DNA from: an uncultured virus (IMG/VR IMGVR_UViG_3300029911_000018)
Lineage: Duplodnaviria > Heunggongvirae > Uroviricota > Caudoviricetes
Virus record (IMG/VR): IMGVR_UViG_3300029911_000018
Length of the DNA: 20,000 nucleotides
Direction: 5' to 3' (one strand)
This document shows, in pieces, positions 8,309 through 17,797 of the stretch. Position numbers and translations under genes: made by a program. Every line of letters starts with the position of its first letter. Within the stretch, counting starts at the first letter, position 1. The notes under the pieces were generated by a model that was given only the letters and a program-made list of their open reading frames with translations, was not told where the DNA came from and ran no database searches.

Positions 8309-11215
8309 ATGGCTAATCAACAGACGACAACTTCAAACTCTCCTTCCACTCAAGGGATGATTCGCAACATCAATCAGACCGTTCAAGAGCGGGAAATAAT
8401 TAAGACCTGCCCCGACCTTATTGTGTATTTGGATGGGAAGACATATCTGCTTAATCCATATATTACGAACACCACCGCGAACCAGCCATACACGTTCGTC
8501 AGCTTCAATGATTATGTACAGAATTTTTCTTCTTCTTACGACGTGGATAATCTAGTCCCTTCAGCGAATTTTACCTTGCAGGTACCAAACTTTTCGAAAT
8601 ACCTTTTTCAATCACCGGGGGGTAACAACCTCATCGACACCATGATGGAGGTTCAGGTGTTTGCTAAGGGCTACTTCCTGTCAGGTGATGGTGGGAATAC
8701 CATTTACTACAGGGTATTCAAGGGAGTCACTTCCCATGTGTCACACACTGACAATGGTATGTTCTTGGAAATTTCAATTCAATGCTTGGGGGTTCTGCAC
8801 CTACTGGAACACATGTATGTTGACCTCAATCCTTCTTTGATGTCTAACTCGGAACGTCCAGTCACACCGATGACAAGCAACCAATCTCACATGAACCCAT
8901 ATGAGATGCTTGCCGCAGAATTCCAGCAAGATATTTCATTCGAAGGGTTTGAATTGAACTCTATCCAGCAGGGTATTACGACCGGGGGGAGTGATTGGAA
9001 GGACGCAGTTCAAGCAGGATTCTGCAACAAGTGGCAACCTATTTTGGTTAACATTCGAAAGGAAGTTCACATCACTGGGTACAGCATGGGGTCTGTTTTG
9101 CCAGCGGCTACAACTACAATCACTAACACACCATCCGACGCGCAGGGATCAAACGATCCTCGGATGCAAGCTGCAAGGATACTCCAAAATTCAATTCTGG
9201 CTCAAAATGCGCCTAACCCGGATTACTATGTGGACGTGATTAGAAGGTACCACCCCGACATGTCCATTGGCTCCATTCAACTAGTCAATGGTCGTATTGT
9301 GTCCAGATTGGAAAGGATACGAACCATTGTGCAGTTGATTGGGTTTGAGGGATTTCAAGACCTCGATGGCACCATTATTTTCAAACCACCGCTATACAAC
9401 TTGGACGTGACAAATATTGGTACATCCACCACACCCACCACTAGTGGTAGCAGCACCACACCAACATCAGCTAACCTGACGGATGCGAACAACCCATTCA
9501 TCATTCATTTGAGTGAGATTGAGTCGGAATCAGAGGCTGAGGATCAGCAAGCCATCAAGGCCACTCGTATGACAGTTCAACCATCGGTTCAATCCAGTCA
9601 GAAATTCATATCTGATTCGACAACGGCTGTTTGGCGTCCTACATCCACTCATATCGACATCCCTAAGATGGCTAAGTTTGGCCTTCGCGAGGAGCCAGCA
9701 CGTACCGTTGGTTGGTTGAGTCTAAATGATAAAGTTGCTGCGTACGCTTACGCTGTAAGTGAATTGAATCGTGCTAATCGTGGATGGAGAACTTACAATT
9801 TAACAATCCCTCTCCGCCCGGAATTGAAACTTGGTTTTCCAGTGTACCTGCCTCATAAAGATATGTATGGATACATCAAGACCATCAGCATTTCTTACTC
9901 CTATGGGGGCGCGGCCACGATGACCCTAATGCTGGACACCCTACGTAAGCGCCCAGTGTTTCCTTCAGTGAAGACGAATGTTACCAATCAACAGAACACA
10001 ATATACACCAACCCACCTGTGGTTTATACCACCCAGCCAAACCTTGTTATGGAATGGACAGAAGCACCGAACAGCACCAGCACATCAACAGCGTCCACTG
10101 ATCCTTTCACACCTTCCATGCCCACACTTCCATCGTCTAGTCCTGCGGTGACTGCCGATGGGCTTCCTTCAGCTAATTATGCTGTCAATCTTTTGAATGT
10201 TCCAGTCACTCAGCTACAACCTCAAGCTAAACCCATCTATGCGGAGGATATGGAGGTTGTCTCGGCACGTAGGTCACAGTATGGCACCTCATGGGCGACT
10301 CGGGCGGACACTAGAACCAAGAGCTTTCGTGTACAGAATGATGTCTCTACCGCAGCGGATACTACCCTTGGAAAAAATGGAAATGGTCAGGCAGTCCAAA
10401 CAGGGAACCCCTTCTTCTCTTCGGCCAACTGGCATGATCCACCCCCCTCTAACTCCGCCCCTTCAACAACCGGGTCATCCCCAAACACTACGAGCGGCAG
10501 CACGTCGGGCACTACACCGTCATCGACCAACACCAATACCAGCAATGGTGGGGTGAACATGACATATTTACAGAAAATAATTTCTTGTCAGCCTTATACG
10601 GATGAGGGTGGATACGAACTTATCACCCCCTTTCCATGGGGGCGTTGGAAGAGCCTTAAAGAGGCTTTGTATGAGACGCATTACGGGTTACTGACAACCA
10701 ATGCAACCTCACAGGAAACTCAGCAGATAACTGGAACCAACGTGTTTCTATTTGCTGGTGTCAGCACCCCAAGCACTGACAGTTCATCGAGTTTGCAGAA
10801 CCAATTAACTGCTCTCAACAACATATCGAATCAGGTGTCATCGTCGGTTTCTTTTGAAATCATCACCCCTAAACCGGGTCAGCAGCAACCCAATATTCTG
10901 TCGAATCAACAACCCGATAGTTTCCTTTTCTCAACGGTGGCTCAGAACACTGAGAATGCTACCAACACGTTTCTTATTGGGAACATCCCACCTCAGCCGG
11001 GGAGTTCTCTTGCATTGGCTACAAATATTGCGGATAGTGATTCCACTAACACAGCAGATGGTAGTTCGACACCATCAGGGGTTGGTTCCACACCACAATC
11101 GACAAGAACCATACAGAACAACCCTAATGTAGTCGGCACAACAGCAACCAAGCCTACAACTCAAAATCAGGCGTTTATCAGTAAACTAATCAATTCGAAC
11201 ACAGCAACACAGTAA
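8309..11215 (+). CDS. Baseplate hub protein (T4 gp27/gpD-like) with a long S/T-rich C-terminal extension
   Basis: Hub-type signatures RVFKGVTSHVSH, FQDLDGTIIFKPP and KFGLR...NLTIPLRPELKLGFPVYL...YIKTISISYSYGG..TMTLML. Directly precedes the spike gene. Confidence 0.7.
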   Translation: MANQQTTTSNSPSTQGMIRNINQTVQEREIIKTCPDLIVYLDGKTYLLNPYITNTTANQPYTFVSFNDYVQNFSSSYDVDNLVPSANFTLQVPNFSKYLFQSPGGNNLIDTMMEVQVFAKGYFLSGDGGNTIYYRVFKGVTSHVSHTDNGMFLEISIQCLGVLHLLEHMYVDLNPSLMSNSERPVTPMTSNQSHMNPYEMLAAEFQQDISFEGFELNSIQQGITTGGSDWKDAVQAGFCNKWQPILVNIRKEVHITGYSMGSVLPAATTTITNTPSDAQGSNDPRMQAARILQNSILAQNAPNPDYYVDVIRRYHPDMSIGSIQLVNGRIVSRLERIRTIVQLIGFEGFQDLDGTIIFKPPLYNLDVTNIGTSTTPTTSGSSTTPTSANLTDANNPFIIHLSEIESESEAEDQQAIKATRMTVQPSVQSSQKFISDSTTAVWRPTSTHIDIPKMAKFGLREEPARTVGWLSLNDKVAAYAYAVSELNRANRGWRTYNLTIPLRPELKLGFPVYLPHKDMYGYIKTISISYSYGGAATMTLMLDTLRKRPVFPSVKTNVTNQQNTIYTNPPVVYTTQPNLVMEWTEAPNSTSTSTASTDPFTPSMPTLPSSSPAVTADGLPSANYAVNLLNVPVTQLQPQAKPIYAEDMEVVSARRSQYGTSWATRADTRTKSFRVQNDVSTAADTTLGKNGNGQAVQTGNPFFSSANWHDPPPSNSAPSTTGSSPNTTSGSTSGTTPSSTNTNTSNGGVNMTYLQKIISCQPYTDEGGYELITPFPWGRWKSLKEALYETHYGLLTTNATSQETQQITGTNVFLFAGVSTPSTDSSSSLQNQLTALNNISNQVSSSVSFEIITPKPGQQQPNILSNQQPDSFLFSTVAQNTENATNTFLIGNIPPQPGSSLALATNIADSDSTNTADGSSTPSGVGSTPQSTRTIQNNPNVVGTTATKPTTQNQAFISKLINSNTATQ

Positions 11216-11224
11216 TAGGTATAT

Positions 11225-13531
11225 ATGGCGCAACTGGTTAACAACAACTCCGAGTATTACCGCGACCCGTTACACTCTCCGAGTGCTCCGAACAACGCAG
11301 AAGAGGCATATCAAGCCTTTGCTGCCACTGTTCTGAGCGTGGACTGGGAGCGCGAAGTTGTTAGTCTAGTGGATTTAAGAACCAACTCGGTTCTAGTGGA
11401 CGTAAACATCCTTCCTTGTGTTGCAAACTCGGGAGAGTCCACGGATGTAACCATGCCAGAAGAGGGCTCAACATACCTTTGCCTCCCAGTTCAGTACACC
11501 AAGGGATACATGCGGGTTGCACTCGTCACTCCAATCCTTACAGACACTGTACGCGCTAAGGATGCCATTGGTTATCGACTGCTGGATAAAACCCCGGTGT
11601 ACAACGTCCGTAAGAGGGGAAACTATCGGAAGGCATACCCCGGTCAGCAATCCGTATCTATGTCCTCAGGTTACACCGAAAAGAAGGACGGTGGTTGGGA
11701 CAAGTCTTCACAGGATTTGAGCCGAGACTGGCTCAACATTCATCGTCGTCAATGGACGCAGATGACAGGACGACGAGTGACATACACAGACTCAGGGTTG
11801 ACCTTTCAAGGCTCTGTGAGCCGCCCTGACGCGGCGACAGTAACCCCGGTCACCCTCCCGGATGGTTCCAAGGAATCTGTCGTGTATCTCCAGCCCGGAG
11901 CCCAACCCAGCGACCGTGCGCTGAGTGGGAAGCAGGATGTAATACCCTTCACGGAAAACATGACCCGTGTGCAGGAATACGCTTTGGATTACCCTCTACC
12001 TTCAGAGATACTCCAAACTGATTTACTGGATTTTGTTTTAGGCACGACGGCTGATCCATGGGCACGCACCTCCATTAAAACCACGGGTGGGATTTCTTTT
12101 GATAGTGAATCCTACCTCGTCAGCCAAAGTTACGATCATCCGGTTTCCGGCACCCCCCTTGGGCCAACCCTTAATGAAGGAATCACCCCTCAACGTCGTG
12201 GGTTCATTGTTGAAAGCGCAACAGGCACCTTGGTGGGTTACAACCGCTTCGACAAAAGCACGTATGGTAATGTGCTCAAGCCGGTTCTCACCCCCTACAC
12301 CCAACTTGGACGTTTCGGTGCCGACGTTGAGTCAGGATATCTAACAGTTAATGCATCGACTGACCACGTGGAAGCTCGTCTCGCGGCTGCGGCTTTCGCT
12401 TTGAGATTCCCTTACGAACAGAATACCACCCGGTTCGATGTTACCAAGGAGGGCTTCACCTCCTTTGAAATCGGGGCTACGCTGCCCAAGGAGAACATCC
12501 CACTGGCTGGAGGATATGAGCACCCACATGGGGCTGGCCGGTCGCTGGAAGGGCATCTTGTGGGCTCCCTGAAGCTGATTGTAGGTAAGAATCGAGATGA
12601 AGAAGACGCCATCGACCTTCAAGCTCTCGGTCAGACCATACTTCGCCTTGGAGCCGACGACACCTCGCTACCTAACCGGGGTCGAACTGTGATGACTCAG
12701 ACCCGCAGCAAAGGGGATGCGGTACAGAATAGGACACTTAATTATTGGTCGGCCCCTAAGTGTGGAATTGGAGATGCCGGAGTTTTGACCAACAAGACAG
12801 GCATGGAGAACATTTCATTGCGTATGGGGTTGGACGGGGGACTCGTTGCTCGTGTGGGAGCCCGTGATCCTTCTGTGCTTCGTAAGCATTTGATAAATGG
12901 CTATCAGGACGGTCCGGGCAAGACCGCCTATCCGGCAACTAGTTCAAGCCGCATCGACTCACATTCACCCGGTCGTCCGGTATACGCCTCAGGAGATGCC
13001 ACGTATCGGTTTAATGACCTTACACAGGTAGGCACTCCACAGATGCCAGAGATTGCAGGGTACTATGCGTGGAGTGGTAAACCTGTAACGAAGGCCGATG
13101 CAACTGGGCTTTCTGTGGACTTGCACGCGGTGCGAGATATTCTTTTGCGTGTCGGAGCCAACGCCGATGGTCAATCTCTATTGCTTGACTTTCTCGGAGG
13201 TATAGTAGCGGCTCTTGGAGCAGACACCTACGGTCGTTCCATTACAGCGGCTCTGGCCGGTGGTGCCGAGATAACCATTCAGCCCAACAAGCAGGGTAAG
13301 GCACTCCGTTTGGAAATTAACGGCGACATCGACATCACACATAAGGGGAACTTGCAGTATTTATGCACAGGGGATTTTATCACTGAATGCACCACGTTGC
13401 GTCATATCACAAAGACTGATGAGGTCAGGTCGGCTCAAAAGATTATTCACTCAGCCTTGACGCGGTGTACGATTGAGGCCCCAGACATCGTTCACAATCA
13501 AGGACTCTATCAGTCAGACGAGGATAGCTAA
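11225..13531 (+). CDS. Central baseplate spike protein (gpV/gp5/VgrG C-terminal-like)
   Basis: N-terminal OB-fold-type pattern (ATVLSVDWEREVVSL...MPEEGSTYLC) and C-terminal short beta-strand repeats (LEINGDIDITHKGNLQYLCTGDF...TIEAPDIVHN). Follows the hub. Confidence 0.7.
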   Translation: MAQLVNNNSEYYRDPLHSPSAPNNAEEAYQAFAATVLSVDWEREVVSLVDLRTNSVLVDVNILPCVANSGESTDVTMPEEGSTYLCLPVQYTKGYMRVALVTPILTDTVRAKDAIGYRLLDKTPVYNVRKRGNYRKAYPGQQSVSMSSGYTEKKDGGWDKSSQDLSRDWLNIHRRQWTQMTGRRVTYTDSGLTFQGSVSRPDAATVTPVTLPDGSKESVVYLQPGAQPSDRALSGKQDVIPFTENMTRVQEYALDYPLPSEILQTDLLDFVLGTTADPWARTSIKTTGGISFDSESYLVSQSYDHPVSGTPLGPTLNEGITPQRRGFIVESATGTLVGYNRFDKSTYGNVLKPVLTPYTQLGRFGADVESGYLTVNASTDHVEARLAAAAFALRFPYEQNTTRFDVTKEGFTSFEIGATLPKENIPLAGGYEHPHGAGRSLEGHLVGSLKLIVGKNRDEEDAIDLQALGQTILRLGADDTSLPNRGRTVMTQTRSKGDAVQNRTLNYWSAPKCGIGDAGVLTNKTGMENISLRMGLDGGLVARVGARDPSVLRKHLINGYQDGPGKTAYPATSSSRIDSHSPGRPVYASGDATYRFNDLTQVGTPQMPEIAGYYAWSGKPVTKADATGLSVDLHAVRDILLRVGANADGQSLLLDFLGGIVAALGADTYGRSITAALAGGAEITIQPNKQGKALRLEINGDIDITHKGNLQYLCTGDFITECTTLRHITKTDEVRSAQKIIHSALTRCTIEAPDIVHNQGLYQSDEDS

Positions 13532-13716
13532 TGAATGTCTATTACGCAGTTGAATTCGATAGGGATATGGTATGCTTCATCGCGATGAGTCTTGATTACT
13601 CCGTGGTTATGGTTAAAACAGAGGAGTATATGAGTGGGAGTTGTTACGAATGGAGTTTGAATGAAAATACGAATCCATGTAGGGATTGATTCTGTGCGGG
13701 AGCTAATGAATGTCTA
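13526..13716 (+). repeat. Perfect 16-bp direct repeat AGCTAATGAATGTCTA (13526-13541 and 13701-13716) bounding a 175-bp unit
   Basis: Read directly from the sequence. The left copy contains the spike stop codon and the right copy contains the ATG of the 995-aa gene. Confidence 0.95.
13531..13689 (+). CDS. 52-aa micro-ORF inside the 175-bp insert (MNVYYAVEFDRD...NPCRD)
   Basis: Translated by hand, below the ORF-track cutoff. TAATG overlap with the spike stop codon suggests translational coupling. Confidence 0.5.
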   Translation: MNVYYAVEFDRDMVCFIAMSLDYSVVMVKTEEYMSGSCYEWSLNENTNPCRD

Positions 13717-16697
13717 GTACAGGATTGCCACCGGGTTTGCAAGCTGCTGAACTCTGGCCGATTAAGGCCAAGGGCGCGGTGCAGCGTCTAAACCCTCTTG
13801 GTGATCCGGCTGTCGAGCAGTTCTACCACCAAGCGATGGAGCAGGGACGTTTTGCTGAGAGAAGCATTGCTGACGCTCAGCACTGGCTTGCTCAAAAACA
13901 AAAAGACTTGATGCAAAAGATTCTCATTCACACCCGTGTGAACTCTCTCGCGGTGAATGGGCAATTGTCGAACCCGGCTAGGGCTATTAAATACGTCGCC
14001 GACTCGGGCACAATCATCCGGGACATCAATCAGTTTCAGAATGAAATCACTGGTCTTATAATGGCGGTCACTCAGAACATCGCCATCCTTAAGGGTATTG
14101 AGTCCAGCATGTTGTCTTTGGTAACCCAAAACCTAAACTCACTCGCTAATATTCTTCAGCAGATATGCAATTGGCATCTACCCACATTGGCCTCTCTACC
14201 TAATTTGCTCAAGGACACTATCTGGCATTGGAACGGGGTGATCTTCGCGCCTCTATCTTCTTTTGAAACCCTTCTTAATACGATAGAGAGTTTGGGTAAG
14301 CTCAGCAACCTGACTTCCATTCCCTCACTGCTGTCCAATTTTAATTTCAGCCATTGCATCTTGTTAAGCCCAACACTCCCAAGTACAGGCACGGGCGCGA
14401 CCACCGGACTCACGAATCAACCCCCTCCTGCGAGTGTCACAACTTACAGTGGATTGAACCTTGGCACCACACTGATTGTGCCTCCACTAAGCGGCACAAT
14501 TTCCACGGGGAATGAAACAGTGGCTCAGATGCAAGCACTGACTTCTGTCCCAGTGTATTTATCCCCAGTTGCATCGGCACCCGTGCCACCGGCTACATTT
14601 CCGAACCCATTCAATGTGAACAGTTCCATGCTTGGTTCGGTGCCTGACCCGACAACGATCATCTCTAATTATCAGATGCCGCCGACAACGTATCAGGACA
14701 ATATTGTTTGTGTAGTTCCACAAACTCGATCCGTTTCAACTCCCAACGATTTGCAAAAGGCGTTGGCTGAGTATATCAATTTGGGTACGATTGTTAAATC
14801 CAACTTCGACCCTAACATGACAGCAGAGTGGTTGTTTTATTTGAATCTCAATCGTGTAGGGCGTGCTGGAACATGGTTGTCAAGCTTCCAGTCGGCTTAC
14901 ACAACGTTTGTGATCCCCTCTCTCAACTATTTGGCTAACAATCCTGTGCCTTGGAATTGTGTTCTACCAAGTACAGCGGTTAATGACACACCAACTGCGA
15001 TTCCTTTACTGGCAAACCTCACGACTAATCCGACATTTGTGCAAGGGAATATTCTCTGGATGTTGTCATATATTGAAGCCAGTCTACTGGGTTACACTCG
15101 CAACACAACGTGGGATGCCTACGCCAGTGGGGACTTTGTTTCGGGATTCACGGGTACTGATTTGGATTATCGGTCAACAGCGATTAACACAGCAACGACA
15201 ACGACTGTAATTCTTGGAGAAACAACGGCCACCTACCCGGTACCTTGTACATTTCCTTCCGCCATGGGGGCTGTGTTGCAAGAAGTCATCGCGATTGCAG
15301 CTATCAACATTCAGAACACTCCCAGCTATACCACAAATCGACCTCAGTTCAAGTATGTTTACAACCAGTTTGCCGTTGCTGCTGAGGTTGACCGCTTCTC
15401 ACAGTTTTGGAGAACGTTCAATGCGAACCTACAAGCTCTGTTGCTTCAAGACTCTTATCTGATTCAGTTTGTTGCCACGTATTCAGCTTCTCTGGATTCA
15501 GCGATAGACCCACTGGGTGATCCAACAATCTACAATCAACTCCAGACTGATGCTGCCACACGTAATCGTAGTTGGACGCCGGGAGATGAGTTGCTTACAC
15601 TCCCTGTGGTACCTAACGTGAGTTACACCACTACGAATAATCCAACAAACACTGGGTGGACGGGTGTTTCATTTGACCCAGTCACATATCTCAGCCGTCC
15701 GGATATTCAACAACTCCCAATTCCAGTGCAGGTTGCCATGCTCCGCACTAATTTGAGCTATGCGGCGACATTAGAAATGGCCTCGGCGGTAAGTACAGCG
15801 ATTCAAAATTCGATTCAACAAAGCCAAGCCATTGTCCAGAGTTTTCAAAATGTCGGGTTCTCGGTGGAGGTTGATGCAGCCTCTGATGTGGTGCCGGTGG
15901 GTTCCTCAGGACTTCAGGTGTCCTTCGATCATATCAACTATGATATGAGTGGAAATGTTACGAGCCCTGATACTTTCACAATTCAGACAACAGGTAATTA
16001 CGCTGTTAACGTAACATTGAATTGGGGATCAGGGGTAGCTGGCGTTCGCACCGGCACTGTGTTTTTGAATGGGGCCACTGTGCTTGCTGCTTCCTCCACA
16101 GAGGGTACTCAAGCAGGTCCAACCTCTCTTCAAATATCCCTCACGTCGTATTTCAATCAAGGGGATGTCATGACAGTGGTGGCTACGCATAACCTTGTTA
16201 CATCTCAGACCATCGTTGCCGGAAGCGCCGTTACTGCTACGCTCACAGATACGACAGTTCCAAGCACAAGCACGGGTGTTCCGTCTAACACGGGCACAAG
16301 CTCCACACGAACCTTTATAGCAGATGCCACGCTCGTCCCACTCACTGCCCTTGCAGTAGGCTCAGATGGTAAAGTAACAGCTATTGATCCCACTACGGTT
16401 CAGACGAACGGTGGCGACCCTATCTATCCAATTGTCACTGGCGTCTCGTTGTCGTCAGCGACTACGGGGGAGAGTGTTACTGTGGCGACTTATTACGGCG
16501 GTGTGTATGAGTACGACAGTGCCAGCTTCACAGTCGGCGGGTTGCTTTATGCGGGGGTGGGTGGTGTTCTCACGCAGGACTATGCTACCATCATTTCAAC
16601 TTGTCAATGGGTTGTGGTCGTAGGCCGTGCTATCGCATCGAACCAGTTCATCTACGAACCACACATTCCAAATTTGACTAACCTTGGGACTTTTTAA
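13710..16697 (+). CDS. Large virion structural protein with C-terminal C1q/TNF-like and beta-clip (DUF2190/cement-like) domains; possible fiber or adhesin
   Basis: 995 aa. C1q-like pattern VSFDHINYDMSGNV...FTIQTTGNYAVNVTL...YFNQGDVMTV. The terminal domain has GVSLSSATTGESVTV...FTVGGLLYAGVGGVLT...VGRAI. The N-terminus is helical. Confidence 0.6.
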   Translation: MSSTGLPPGLQAAELWPIKAKGAVQRLNPLGDPAVEQFYHQAMEQGRFAERSIADAQHWLAQKQKDLMQKILIHTRVNSLAVNGQLSNPARAIKYVADSGTIIRDINQFQNEITGLIMAVTQNIAILKGIESSMLSLVTQNLNSLANILQQICNWHLPTLASLPNLLKDTIWHWNGVIFAPLSSFETLLNTIESLGKLSNLTSIPSLLSNFNFSHCILLSPTLPSTGTGATTGLTNQPPPASVTTYSGLNLGTTLIVPPLSGTISTGNETVAQMQALTSVPVYLSPVASAPVPPATFPNPFNVNSSMLGSVPDPTTIISNYQMPPTTYQDNIVCVVPQTRSVSTPNDLQKALAEYINLGTIVKSNFDPNMTAEWLFYLNLNRVGRAGTWLSSFQSAYTTFVIPSLNYLANNPVPWNCVLPSTAVNDTPTAIPLLANLTTNPTFVQGNILWMLSYIEASLLGYTRNTTWDAYASGDFVSGFTGTDLDYRSTAINTATTTTVILGETTATYPVPCTFPSAMGAVLQEVIAIAAINIQNTPSYTTNRPQFKYVYNQFAVAAEVDRFSQFWRTFNANLQALLLQDSYLIQFVATYSASLDSAIDPLGDPTIYNQLQTDAATRNRSWTPGDELLTLPVVPNVSYTTTNNPTNTGWTGVSFDPVTYLSRPDIQQLPIPVQVAMLRTNLSYAATLEMASAVSTAIQNSIQQSQAIVQSFQNVGFSVEVDAASDVVPVGSSGLQVSFDHINYDMSGNVTSPDTFTIQTTGNYAVNVTLNWGSGVAGVRTGTVFLNGATVLAASSTEGTQAGPTSLQISLTSYFNQGDVMTVVATHNLVTSQTIVAGSAVTATLTDTTVPSTSTGVPSNTGTSSTRTFIADATLVPLTALAVGSDGKVTAIDPTTVQTNGGDPIYPIVTGVSLSSATTGESVTVATYYGGVYEYDSASFTVGGLLYAGVGGVLTQDYATIISTCQWVVVVGRAIASNQFIYEPHIPNLTNLGTF

Positions 16698-16723
16698 AGG
16701 TATTAAAGAGATAGTGAGGCACA

Positions 16724-16897
16724 ATGGCTGATGCTATTTTGGTCGGTGAAGTATTGGTTATTCCAACTACCAAGGTGTGTGAGTGTGGACGTAAGTGTAT
16801 AGATTATGCTTCAAACTACTTAGACCCTTATGTAGTTTGTAGCGGGTGCTTAGAGGATATTTGCACTTGTTCTAAACTTCGACGGAGGAAATCATGA
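16724..16897 (+). CDS. 57-aa Cys-rich micro-protein (MADAILVGEV...CECGRKC...CSGCLEDICTCSKLRRRKS)
   Basis: Translated by hand. GAGG SD upstream, ATGA overlap with the next gene, seven Cys. Confidence 0.65.
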   Translation: MADAILVGEVLVIPTTKVCECGRKCIDYASNYLDPYVVCSGCLEDICTCSKLRRRKS

Positions 16898-17100
16898 AAG
16901 TGTTAGTTTTGCAGGATGATTTGTTTACCTATCTTCAGCACGTTATACGTGCTTACGCCGGTAGCGGCATCGACCCAGATGAAGGTTTAGCCGTTTACCA
17001 ACTTAGTCAGGCACTCAAAGTCGTTAAGACGGTGGACGACGCTCTCATTGCGAAGCCAGAGGCCCCGGAAAACGTAGATGGGGAAAAATCGAAGGGCTAG
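16894..17100 (+). CDS. 68-aa hypothetical protein
   Basis: GGAGG SD at 16884-16888 and ATGA coupling to the upstream ORF. Confidence 0.75.
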   Translation: MKVLVLQDDLFTYLQHVIRAYAGSGIDPDEGLAVYQLSQALKVVKTVDDALIAKPEAPENVDGEKSKG

Positions 17101-17797
17101 AGCTTATGCTATATAACGAGCAGTGGGATCAGGAAACTATTGACCGGATGATACCGGACTTGTCTGAACGGCTGCACTTAGTGACGATGGTTGTCCATGC
17201 GAGAGACTACCTACGCTCAAGCAGTGGAGTATATGCCGACCGCATGAACGCTATTGGAATCCTCGGCGACGGATTGAAAAACATGTTAGAGCGTGGGGCC
17301 ACGGGACTCGAATGGTGGACACTCAGACATCGCCTGACCGGCAAAGAACTTCAATCAAACGATTGGTTGGACAAATATAAAACCAGTTGGATCACCGCTC
17401 GTGAGGCCGAGGACAAGCGGAACAACAAGCAGCGTTAATCCAATAGCTGACTAAAGTTCACGGTCGCGCCGTGAACAATTCCAGTTCGACACGCAATAGA
17501 ACCACGCCGGGAGAAAGTATCCCATACGTATTGAGGGTTGGAGAGTAGACTGCGGCTGTATGCATAGTATAGTAGTTGTGTCGCCAGCGGATCATTCTGC
17601 ACAGCAAGCTCCCACATTCCTGCACACTTCAAGTCATGTTGTTGAGCATAATCCAAGGCATTGACGATGCTTGGCACCACGCCGGGGGCAAGAGGAGCCA
17701 CTTTACTCATCCCTCCGCTCTGAGTTACAAGGTCAAAGAAGAACGATATGACACGGGTGTTACTCGCATTGTTGGGGAAAAATCGAAGGGCTAGAGC
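17079..17797 (+). repeat. Perfect 25-bp direct repeat TGGGGAAAAATCGAAGGGCTAGAGC (17079-17103 and 17773-17797)
   Basis: Read directly. One copy forms the 3' end and stop of the 68-aa ORF, and the other lies inside the minus-strand lysin gene. Confidence 0.95.
17106..17438 (+). CDS. 110-aa hypothetical protein
   Basis: Fills the gap between the 68-aa ORF and the lysin. Its stop codon overlaps the lysin stop in the palindrome TTAA (17435-17438). Confidence 0.7.
   Translation: MLYNEQWDQETIDRMIPDLSERLHLVTMVVHARDYLRSSSGVYADRMNAIGILGDGLKNMLERGATGLEWWTLRHRLTGKELQSNDWLDKYKTSWITAREAEDKRNNKQR

Noticed and set aside
1652..16697. Bacterial eCIS/tailocin rather than a phage
   Set aside because: The CCA-encoding tRNA, the dense micro-gene cluster and the lack of cellular housekeeping genes favour a large phage genome, although capsid genes are not in this window.
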